Under the pieces are notes generated by a model. The model ran no database searches. It was not told the DNA's origin and saw nothing but the letters and a program-made list of their open reading frames with translations. 64,000 bases of DNA. It comes from an uncultured Anaerofilum sp. (GTDB lineage Bacteria > Bacillota > Clostridia > Oscillospirales > Ruminococcaceae). The DNA lies in contig CALWZC010000004.1 in NCBI GenBank assembly GCA_944385935.1, forward strand, positions 75,426 to 139,425, in the 5' to 3' direction. Below are positions 28,029 to 35,294 of the stretch, in pieces (position 1 is the stretch's first letter; every line of letters starts with the position of its first letter). Both the position numbers and the translations under genes were made by a program.

Positions 28029-28184
28029 ATGAATTGGAAAGCTGTATGGATGACCCTATTTCATACCACCAATTGGATGGGCATTGATGTAGGATTTTGG
28101 GTTGTATTCACTGCTGTGCTGCTGATTGTAGTGGCAATGAACCTTGTATTTTGGAGTATGAAGCCAAGACAATCGAAAAAATAA
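28029..28184 (+). CDS. Small single-TM membrane protein (51 aa), unknown function
   Basis: ATG at 28029 follows AAAGGGGGG. Product is MNWKAVWMTLFHTTNWMGIDVGFWVVFTAVLLIVVAMNLVFWSMKPRQSKK, one TM helix with a basic tail. A strong terminator follows directly. Confidence 0.5.
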   Translation: MNWKAVWMTLFHTTNWMGIDVGFWVVFTAVLLIVVAMNLVFWSMKPRQSKK

Positions 28185-28190
28185 AAAACG

Positions 28191-28240
28191 AAAAATCCTT
28201 CAAAGGTCTTATTTCAAAGGCCCTTGAAGGATTTTTTTGT
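28191..28240 (+). terminator. Rho-independent terminator
   Basis: AAATCCTTCAAAGG / CCCTTGAAGGATTT stem, followed by a T7 run. Confidence 0.75.
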
Positions 28241-28300
28241 TTACCTGTTGACAAGACTGTGCTATCTGTATATACTGTATATATACAGATAAGAGGTGAT

Positions 28301-28681
28301 ATGGTGCATATCTTTATAGATAATAAAAGTGGTGCTCCCATCTATGACCAAATCTATACCCAGATTAAAAATCAAATTATTAGCGGAGAGCTGGAGGAAA
28401 ATCAGCCTTTGCCTTCTATTCGTAATTTGGCGAAGGATTTGCGGGTGAGTGTAATCACAACAAAGCGAGCCTATGATGAATTGGAACGGGAGGGATTTAT
28501 TTACACATTGCCAGCAAAGGGGTGCTTTATTGCTCCCAAAAATGTGGAGCTTTTAAAGGAAGAAACCTTGAAAAAAATAGAACAACATATACAAGAAATT
28601 ATGCAGTTGGGTGCAGTTTGCAACCTTACAAACGAAGAACTATTAGAAATGGTTCGAGTGAATTTGGAGGAATTACCATGA
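28301..28681 (+). CDS. GntR-family transcriptional regulator (YtrA subfamily size)
   Basis: ATG at 28301 after AGAGGTG. PIYDQIYTQIKNQIISGELEENQPLPSIRNLAKDLRVSVITTKRAYDELEREGFIY is a GntR wHTH. 126 aa with a short C-terminal helix, as in YtrA. Confidence 0.85.
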   Translation: MVHIFIDNKSGAPIYDQIYTQIKNQIISGELEENQPLPSIRNLAKDLRVSVITTKRAYDELEREGFIYTLPAKGCFIAPKNVELLKEETLKKIEQHIQEIMQLGAVCNLTNEELLEMVRVNLEELP

Positions 28682-29520
28682 ATGCTTTGGAAATTACCAA
28701 CCTAACAAAGAAATACAAGGATTTTCAACTGGATAATCTCAATCTTACATTACCAAGTGGCTGCATTTTGGGGTTGATTGGGGAAAATGGTGCAGGCAAA
28801 AGCACAACCATCAAATTGATTTTAGATATGATAAAAAAGGACAGTGGAACCATCACAATTTTTGGCAAAGACAATCAAACAGATATACACCTTACCAAAC
28901 AGGATATTGGCGTAGTTTTGGATGATGTGGGCATTCCTGAACAGTTTACCCCAAAGCAAGTGGGAAAAATTATGGAACATACTTTTGCTAATTGGGACAA
29001 TGCCTTGTATGAAAGATACATCAATCAATTACAAATTCCAAAGGAAAAAATCTTTAAAGAGTTTTCTCGTGGTATGAAGATGAAGCTGGGCATTGCAGTG
29101 GCAATGGCACATCATCCCAAATTGTTGATTTTAGACGAGGCAACTTCTGGGCTAGACCCTGTGGTTCGAGATGAAGTAGTGGAGATGTTTGGGGAGTTTA
29201 CTCGTGATGAAAGCCATTCTGTGTTGATTTCCTCCCACATTGTTAGCGATTTGGAAAAAATTTGTGATTATATCGCCTTTTTACACAAGGGAAAATTGCT
29301 TTTGATGGAAGAAAAAGATATACTTCTGGAGCAATACGGAATTTTGCAGTGCACACAGGAGCAACTTGCTCAGTTGCCCCAGCAGGCAATCAAGGGGAAA
29401 AAGGTGCTTCCCTATGGAGTGCAAGCACTGGTGCAAAAAGAATTTATTCCAGATGGAATGGATGTTCTTCCAGTAACCATAGAAGAACTGTTTATTTTTA
29501 TGGTAAAGGAGTGTGCTTGA
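28678..29520 (+). CDS. ABC transporter ATP-binding protein
   Basis: Walker A GENGAGKST, signature LSRGMKMKL-type, Walker B LLILDEATSGLD. Start overlaps the gntR stop (ATGA). Confidence 0.9.
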   Translation: MNALEITNLTKKYKDFQLDNLNLTLPSGCILGLIGENGAGKSTTIKLILDMIKKDSGTITIFGKDNQTDIHLTKQDIGVVLDDVGIPEQFTPKQVGKIMEHTFANWDNALYERYINQLQIPKEKIFKEFSRGMKMKLGIAVAMAHHPKLLILDEATSGLDPVVRDEVVEMFGEFTRDESHSVLISSHIVSDLEKICDYIAFLHKGKLLLMEEKDILLEQYGILQCTQEQLAQLPQQAIKGKKVLPYGVQALVQKEFIPDGMDVLPVTIEELFIFMVKECA

Positions 29521-29521
29521 T

Positions 29522-30145
29522 ATGAAAGGGCTATTGCTAAAAGATTTTTACATGACAATCAAATATGGTAAAACTTTGTTTCTGGTGGTCTTGGTTTTTT
29601 GGGCAATTTCTTGTTTTGATGATGGGGGAAGTTTTTTCCTGGTATACCCTATGATTTTAGCCGGAGTGCTTCCAATGTCCCTGATTTCTTTGGATGAACG
29701 GGAAAAATGGGTACAATACAGCGGAACATTGCCGTATACCAGAGCACAGTTAGTATCTTCAAAATATATCATAGGGCTTTTGTTGGGCGTTGGAGCATTT
29801 ATTCTTTCTATGGCGACTACTGCTGGCCGTATGTGGATGAATGGATATTTTTCTTTGTTAGAGTTTGGAACAATAGCCTCTCTTCTTCTTGTGTTGGGGT
29901 TGTTGCCGCCCACCATTTTACTGCCCTTTGTTTTCAAATTTGGAGCAGAAAAAGGCAGAATCATGTTTTATGTGGTGATTGGCTTGGCAACTGCTATTGG
30001 TACTTTATTGGCAGGGTTTGGATTTCAAATGCAGATGCAGACCAATGAATTTGCAATACTATTTGTAATGTGCACTGTGGCAGTATTGTTATATCTTGGC
30101 TCTTGGTGCCTTTCCGTTGCTTTTTATAAAAAACGAGAATTATAA
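29522..30145 (+). CDS. ABC-2-type transporter permease
   Basis: 207 aa, about 6 TM. N-terminal MKGLLLKDFY is typical of ABC-2 permeases in GntR/ABC modules. ATG lies 10 nt after AAGGAG. Confidence 0.7.
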   Translation: MKGLLLKDFYMTIKYGKTLFLVVLVFWAISCFDDGGSFFLVYPMILAGVLPMSLISLDEREKWVQYSGTLPYTRAQLVSSKYIIGLLLGVGAFILSMATTAGRMWMNGYFSLLEFGTIASLLLVLGLLPPTILLPFVFKFGAEKGRIMFYVVIGLATAIGTLLAGFGFQMQMQTNEFAILFVMCTVAVLLYLGSWCLSVAFYKKREL

Positions 30146-30150
30146 TGTAC

Positions 30151-30196
30151 AAAAAGGTTTTGTTTTTTCAAAAAGAGAACAGAACCTTTTTCTTTT
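30151..30196 (+). terminator. Rho-independent terminator after the ABC module
   Basis: AAAAAGGTTTTGTT / AACAGAACCTTTTT stem with one mismatch, followed by a T-rich tract. Confidence 0.6.
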
Positions 30197-30235
30197 GGTG
30201 TATTTTTCTGACAAAATGCCCTCTTTTTGCTAAAG

Positions 30236-30269
30236 TTCTGTTCACAAGTGAACAGAAATATGGTAGAAT
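30236..30269 (+). promoter_or_regulatory. Perfect 10+10 palindrome overlapping a predicted promoter of the Zn-ribbon/SPFH pair
   Basis: TTCTGTTCAC-AA-GTGAACAGAA (30236-30257). The -35-like TTCACA (30241-30246), 17-nt spacer and extended -10 TGgTAGAAT (30261-30269) follow. Confidence 0.5.
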
Positions 30270-30309
30270 TACAAAAACATCTATCCATGACAAAGGAGGG
30301 AAAGCATCA

Positions 30310-31506
30310 ATGGACTTGACACAAGAAAAAGTGGAAAATTTTGTGTGCGAGAATTGCGGCGGAACATTAAAATGGAATATAGCAAAAAAGCAATTGGAGT
30401 GTGGGTCTTGTCACACTCCCTATACTCTGCAACAGGAATCTGTTATACAAGAGCATCCCTTTGAGGAATATCATCAGCGTGAGCAGCGAACAGAAGCATT
30501 TCCTGATGAAACAGTGGTAAAGTGTAACTCTTGTGGTGCAGAAGTAGTGTTTGATAGAGATGACACGGCAAAGGTCTGCCCTATGTGTGGGGCAACTCAG
30601 ATTTTGCCACAAAAGCAGGTGCAAGGTGTTCCACCAGATGGAGTTTTGCCCTTTGAAATAGATAAACAGGCAGCCCAGCAAAAATTTAAAAAATGGGTAA
30701 GAAGTCGTTGGTTTGCCCCCAATAAGCTAAAAACCGTTTACCAAGAGGGAAAACTGAATGGGGTGTATATTCCTTTCTGGACCTTTGACACACAAGCAAA
30801 TGGCGAGTACCATGGTAGAGGTGGCAAGGAGCATGTTCGAGAGGACAAAGACGGCAACAGACGTGTGGAAGTTCGTTGGATACCTGTAAGCGGGCATGTG
30901 GGAAAATTTTTTGATGATATCCAAATTTCTGCCTCCATGGGACAGGTGAATGAGGTTGTAGATAAGGTTTTACCCTATTCTACACAAACAAAGCTACATG
31001 GATATTCTCCTATGTATCTTTCGGGATTTTCGGCAGAACGATATGCCATTCCAGCAACACAGGCCGCCGAAACCATGAAAGAGAAAGTTCGGCGAGAGTT
31101 GAAACGGATGGCAGAGGAGGATATTCGGTCAAGAGGGTTTGACCGAGCAGATGTACAACACTTGAAACTGGATTTAGAAGATACTACCTATAAGCAAGTG
31201 TTGTTACCTGCATGGTTTTCTTCCTATGCCTACGGAAAAAAGCAGTATATGTACATTATCAATGGTGAGACCGGCGAAGTAGGAGGACAGAGGCCTTATA
31301 GCATCCCCAAAATTGCAGCGGCTGTTGTGGCTGCACTTGCGTTGGTGGGGCTAATTGTTTGGGGCTCTTCCGAAAAAACAGAGGCAGCCGTTTTTGCCAC
31401 ACCAACCACAGAGGTGGTTTATCAGCAGGAACAACCTGCAAATACAATTTTGATGAAAGAAGGAAATGCAAATGGCTTGGTTTGGACAAGGAAAGGACAC
31501 AATTGA
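30310..31506 (+). CDS. Double zinc-ribbon protein with C-terminal TM anchor (YdjG-like)
   Basis: ATG at 30310 after AAAGGAGGG. Two CxxC...CxxC ribbons (CENCGG...CGSC; CNSCGA...CPMCG). C-terminal TM IPKIAAAVVAALALVGLIVWG. Confidence 0.7.
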   Translation: MDLTQEKVENFVCENCGGTLKWNIAKKQLECGSCHTPYTLQQESVIQEHPFEEYHQREQRTEAFPDETVVKCNSCGAEVVFDRDDTAKVCPMCGATQILPQKQVQGVPPDGVLPFEIDKQAAQQKFKKWVRSRWFAPNKLKTVYQEGKLNGVYIPFWTFDTQANGEYHGRGGKEHVREDKDGNRRVEVRWIPVSGHVGKFFDDIQISASMGQVNEVVDKVLPYSTQTKLHGYSPMYLSGFSAERYAIPATQAAETMKEKVRRELKRMAEEDIRSRGFDRADVQHLKLDLEDTTYKQVLLPAWFSSYAYGKKQYMYIINGETGEVGGQRPYSIPKIAAAVVAALALVGLIVWGSSEKTEAAVFATPTTEVVYQQEQPANTILMKEGNANGLVWTRKGHN

Positions 31507-32530
31507 GTGGGAAGAATTTCGAGATGATGTGCTATTTTACAAATGGCCCGGAAAGGAGATTAAAAAGGGTGCTCATCTAATTTTGCGCCCCGGACAAAAG
31601 GCAATCTTCTATGCAGATGGAGAAGTGGGAGCAGTATTTGAACGAGAGGGCAACTTTGATATTGCGTCGGAAATTGTACCCTTCTTTTCTACTCTAAAGG
31701 GATGGTTTAGCCTGCGAGGGGACAGCGGTATGCGGGCAGAGGTCTATTTTGTAAATGCAAAACAGCTTTTGCTCAACTGGGGAACCCGTCAGCGTGTAAT
31801 GATTCCTACCCCACAGGTTCCCGCAGGAATTCCAGTAGGTTGCAATGGTAATCTGGTGGTTGCTTTCCGAGATTATCAGCGGTTTATTCAAACAGTAGCT
31901 GGAGTACGCAGTACATATAGCCTAGAGGATATTTCTGAGCGAATTATGGGAGAACTAAGCCCCATTCTTTCTGAGGCAATTCTAGGCAAACAACAAATGA
32001 TAGGTGTCAATGCTTTGACAGGCCTCCAGCAAAACAGTAGAACCATTAGCAAGTTTATCTGTGAGGAATTGGACAAAGAGCTTTCTGATTTTGGTTTAGG
32101 TGTACAGGATGTCAATATTTTGGCATTCAATTACCCACCAGAAGTAGAAGCAATGGCTGCCAAAGTTGCTGGGCAAGCATTTGTAGGGGATGTAGGACGA
32201 TATGCCACCATCAGCATGGCAGATAGCTTTTCCACACCCAATGCAGCAGGTTCTGCAGCGGCTGGTGGCATGGGCTTAGCAATGGGTATGCAGATGGCAG
32301 GGCAGATGATGGGTACAATGGCAGGACAACAAAACCAGCAACCCCAACAACCCGCACAAACCTGTACAGCCTGTGGAATGAGTATACCCCAAGGGGCTAA
32401 ATTCTGCCCGGGATGTGGTGCAGCTGTGACCGCCGCACCCCAACAAACAGAAGGAGACCGCTTCTGTCCCAATTGCCGCAAAATGGTTTCTGGTAATTTC
32501 TGCCCAGATTGTGGAACAAAAACAGTATAA
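31472..32530 (+). CDS. SPFH/band-7-like protein with C-terminal double zinc ribbon (COG4260 / YdjI-like)
   Basis: N-terminus MAWFGQGKDTIEWEE...ILRPGQKAIFYADGEV..., a Gly/Met/Gln-rich linker, then CTACG...CPGCG and CPNC...CPDCG. Start overlaps the upstream gene. Confidence 0.75.
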   Translation: MAWFGQGKDTIEWEEFRDDVLFYKWPGKEIKKGAHLILRPGQKAIFYADGEVGAVFEREGNFDIASEIVPFFSTLKGWFSLRGDSGMRAEVYFVNAKQLLLNWGTRQRVMIPTPQVPAGIPVGCNGNLVVAFRDYQRFIQTVAGVRSTYSLEDISERIMGELSPILSEAILGKQQMIGVNALTGLQQNSRTISKFICEELDKELSDFGLGVQDVNILAFNYPPEVEAMAAKVAGQAFVGDVGRYATISMADSFSTPNAAGSAAAGGMGLAMGMQMAGQMMGTMAGQQNQQPQQPAQTCTACGMSIPQGAKFCPGCGAAVTAAPQQTEGDRFCPNCRKMVSGNFCPDCGTKTV

Positions 32531-32592
32531 AACGTAACTGACCTTATAGTTTATTGAAATATCTTGTTCTATCTGGACTATTGTTGCTTTTT

Positions 32593-32636
32593 AGCCGCAA
32601 AAACATGGATTTTTTCATGTTTTGCGGCTTTTTTTA
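32593..32636 (+). terminator. Rho-independent terminator
   Basis: AGCCGCAAAACATG / CATGTTTTGCGGCT stem, followed by a T7 run. Confidence 0.88.
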
Positions 32637-32786
32637 ATTGAATTTTTAGGGGAAATAGCTTTTTTTATTTGCTTTTTGTTACTAAATAACAAGAAAAATG
32701 AAGCATTTTTGTAACAGAAAGTTATTTTCTGTAAAATATGCCTGATTTTATTTGCAGTATGGGAAAAAAGTTTGTTTTTTTAACAC

Positions 32787-32814
32787 TTGCTTTCCTGTTA
32801 AGATGTGATATAAT
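32787..32814 (+). promoter_or_regulatory. Promoter of the V-type ATPase operon
   Basis: TTGCTT (32787-32792), 16-nt spacer, extended -10 TGaTATAAT (32806-32814), in a 350-nt AT-rich intergenic region. Confidence 0.5.
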
Positions 32815-32882
32815 TCTAACAGGTAATCTTTATATTAGAAAAATCTAATGAATTGTTTTGTGTTAGAAAGGGGTGCCTAAAA

Positions 32883-33206
32883 ATGAGTAATGAAACAAAT
32901 GTTTTGTTACAGTCGGTGTTGGAAATGGACCGGCAAGAACGGCTACGCACACAGGAGGCGGAGGACTACCGTGGAAAGGCCATGGCTCAGCTGGAGGACA
33001 GCCGTAAGGACATTCACCAAAAACACCAGCAGTTGGCACAGCAAAAAATAGAAGCATATACCCAACAGGAAAATGAACGTATGCAACAAACCTTGCAGAC
33101 CTTACAACAAAAAAGTGCAGCAGTAAAGCAAACACTAAACGCCACAAAGTCTGCCAAACAGGAACAATGGGTAGAAACAATTTTTGAGCGTGTTTTGGAA
33201 AGGTGA
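32883..33206 (+). CDS. V/A-type ATPase small coiled-coil subunit (G/H-like peripheral stalk candidate)
   Basis: 107 aa, almost entirely helical and charged (QERLRTQEAEDYRGKAMAQLEDSRKDIHQKHQQLAQQKIEAY...). It is the first gene of the operon. Assignment rests on position and composition only. Confidence 0.5.
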   Translation: MSNETNVLLQSVLEMDRQERLRTQEAEDYRGKAMAQLEDSRKDIHQKHQQLAQQKIEAYTQQENERMQQTLQTLQQKSAAVKQTLNATKSAKQEQWVETIFERVLER

Positions 33207-33214
33207 GGCGTTTT

Positions 33215-34273
33215 ATGGCAATTCCTTCCTTTGGTTCAAATGCAGTGTTGGCAAAGTGCCGTGCAATGTATGGCAAAAGCCTGACTGCTCGCAATTATAC
33301 AGAGTTGCTTGCCTGCCATACTGTGCCGGAAGTAGCAGCTTACTTGAAAACAAAAACCCATTATGCTTCTTGTTTGTCGGGGGTTACTCCTCAAGTAATT
33401 CACCGTGAACAGTTGGAAATTTTATTAAAGCGGTATCTGTTTGGACAATATGCTGCCCTTAGTCGATATGAAATTAGCTTAGGGCAGGATTTTTATTCCT
33501 ATTTTGTGGTAAAAAGCGAACTGGAAATGGTTTTAGCACAACTGCATAAAATCAATGCACAGGAACATATCCCTGTTATGGGCGCAGAGCCTGATTTTGT
33601 AAAAAAGTTTTCTCAGCTAAATGAAAGCAAAATTTCCTCTGCAAATAATCTCATGCAGTTGGCACACGCTTTGGATGGCACTCCCTATGGCAAAATTATT
33701 CATTCCTTTGTGGAAAAAACAACTTTTGATTTGCAAAGAGATGGCACATTGGAAATTGAAGCAGCCTTGATGGACTACGAGTATAGTGTCATGGAGGAGC
33801 TTTCCCAGAAACATCTAAAAGGAAAACAGTTGCAAGAAGTACTGGAAATTTTGAAACGTCAAAGCGATGTACAGGCAATTATCAATATGTTCCGTATGAA
33901 GAAGATGTTGCAATCTCCCAGTATGTATGTACGGCGCAGAGTTTCCATGCAACACACACAGCTTTCTTCTCAAAAAATCAATCAGCTTTTGGATGCGGAA
34001 AATGAGGAAGATTTTGTACGGGTGCTAAAAACTACCAGCTATGGAAAAGAACTGGCAAAGGTGGCATACGACTATATTGAAGAGGGAATGCAAAAGGTGC
34101 AGTACCATTTTCATTTAAAAAAATTCCGTTTTTCCACCAATCCCAGTGCAGTTATGCTGTGCTATTTGTTTTTGGCAGAAAATGAATTGACCAATGTTAC
34201 CCACATTATAGAGGGCATTCGATATGGAATGTCGCCAGAAGAAATTGAACGTCTTTTGGTAGGAATCCAGTGA
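33215..34273 (+). CDS. ntpC: V/A-type ATPase subunit C (V0 d / AC39 family)
   Basis: About 352 aa. AC39-like repeats (LTARNYTELLACHTVPEVAAYLKTKTHY...; NELTNVTHIIEGIRYG). The alternative start is GTG 33203. Confidence 0.85.
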   Translation: MAIPSFGSNAVLAKCRAMYGKSLTARNYTELLACHTVPEVAAYLKTKTHYASCLSGVTPQVIHREQLEILLKRYLFGQYAALSRYEISLGQDFYSYFVVKSELEMVLAQLHKINAQEHIPVMGAEPDFVKKFSQLNESKISSANNLMQLAHALDGTPYGKIIHSFVEKTTFDLQRDGTLEIEAALMDYEYSVMEELSQKHLKGKQLQEVLEILKRQSDVQAIINMFRMKKMLQSPSMYVRRRVSMQHTQLSSQKINQLLDAENEEDFVRVLKTTSYGKELAKVAYDYIEEGMQKVQYHFHLKKFRFSTNPSAVMLCYLFLAENELTNVTHIIEGIRYGMSPEEIERLLVGIQ

Positions 34274-34290
34274 GGAAGGAGAGGTAAACC

Positions 34291-35253
34291 GTGTTTTTTG
34301 ATGAAAAAATACAGTTGGTATGGGTGGATGGCTCGGTGCAGCTTTTGGAAAGTTTTGTACAGAAGTGTTGCATGGGGGATGAACGTGTACATCCTACCAC
34401 AGCCAGCGATAAAATGAGCGCAGGCATGGGCTTTGCCCCCCCAGAAATAGAAAATAATTGGGCGCAGCGCATTGAGGAAATGGAACAGATGGCCCAAGGG
34501 CTGGAACTTCCAGTGGTAGAGCCTGCTTTTGAGGATGCTCGTTCTCCCAAATTGGATGGATATTTGCAGCGAGTCAAAACCGCTTTGGATGAGAAACGGA
34601 ATATTCTGAAAGATTTGGAGGCACAACAGGTTTTGTGTCAGCAGGGCATAGAGCAATTTTCCCATTTTGAAGAACTGGATGTGGATTTGAGCAAAGCTCT
34701 TGAATGTGAATACATTTCCATCCGTTTTGGAAAACTGCCCAAAGCTGGGTTTGAAACTCTGTTGAGGGAACACGGCGATGACCCTTATGTGTTCTTTATT
34801 CGGTGCAGCGAAGACAAGGATTTTTACTGGGGAATGTATTTTGCTCCCCGTGAAAAACGAGCTTTGGTAGATGGTATCTTTGCAGGCTTGTACTTTGAAC
34901 GAGTACGGTTGCCCGGTGCAGGGGGAACCCCAAAAGAAATTGTAGAAAATCTTCAACACAATGTAGAGATTTTGCGCAGCCAAATTTTGCAAGCACAAGA
35001 CCAACTACAACAGGTATGGGGAGCAGAAAAATGGCGTTGCGCTGGTATTTATGCCTCTTTTTGCAGTTTGGCCCGTGTAGCAGAGTTGTGCAAGTGTGCT
35101 GCTGTGCGGGGAGAGCATTTCTTCTATGCAGTATGGGTGGAACAAACTGCTATGGAAGCCTTTGTATCTCGCTGCGAATCTGTGGGCAAACTGCATATGG
35201 CAATGGATATGACCCTTCCCAGAAAGAAATGGAAACAGCTCCATCAGCAATAA
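34291..35253 (+). CDS. Stand-alone paralogue of the cytoplasmic N-terminal domain of V-ATPase subunit I (no membrane domain)
   Basis: 320 aa, GTG start after GAAGGAGAGG. Collinear with residues 1 to about 320 of the next gene: EKIQLVWVDGSVQLLESFVQKCCMGDE vs EKMKLVRVDGLLSQLDDFILRCCINGD; DDPYVFFIRCSEDKDFYWGMYF vs DDPYVFFVPCSQENGGYWGLYF; GIFAGLYFERV vs GIFSMLYFERI. Confidence 0.7.
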   Translation: MFFDEKIQLVWVDGSVQLLESFVQKCCMGDERVHPTTASDKMSAGMGFAPPEIENNWAQRIEEMEQMAQGLELPVVEPAFEDARSPKLDGYLQRVKTALDEKRNILKDLEAQQVLCQQGIEQFSHFEELDVDLSKALECEYISIRFGKLPKAGFETLLREHGDDPYVFFIRCSEDKDFYWGMYFAPREKRALVDGIFAGLYFERVRLPGAGGTPKEIVENLQHNVEILRSQILQAQDQLQQVWGAEKWRCAGIYASFCSLARVAELCKCAAVRGEHFFYAVWVEQTAMEAFVSRCESVGKLHMAMDMTLPRKKWKQLHQQ

Positions 35254-35294
35254 CGGCGGCTTATACCGCATGAGAAAGGACGATGAACTGATTC

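Noticed and set aside
28522-28677. N-terminal extension of the ABC ATPase ORF (track start 28522)
   Set aside because: It overlaps the GntR gene in another frame. The ABC protein begins naturally at MNALEITNL, with ATG at 28678 overlapping the gntR stop.
30145-30309. 55-codon N-terminal extension of the Zn-ribbon ORF (track start 30145)
   Set aside because: The extension runs through a terminator hairpin, the 22-bp palindrome and the predicted promoter. The ATG at 30310 has a strong AAAGGAGGG RBS.
34162-35004. 280-aa minus-strand ORF within the V-ATPase operon
   Set aside because: It is antisense to the subunit-I N-domain paralogue. The plus-strand frame has clear paralogy to the adjacent ntpI, and the minus-strand product has no features.
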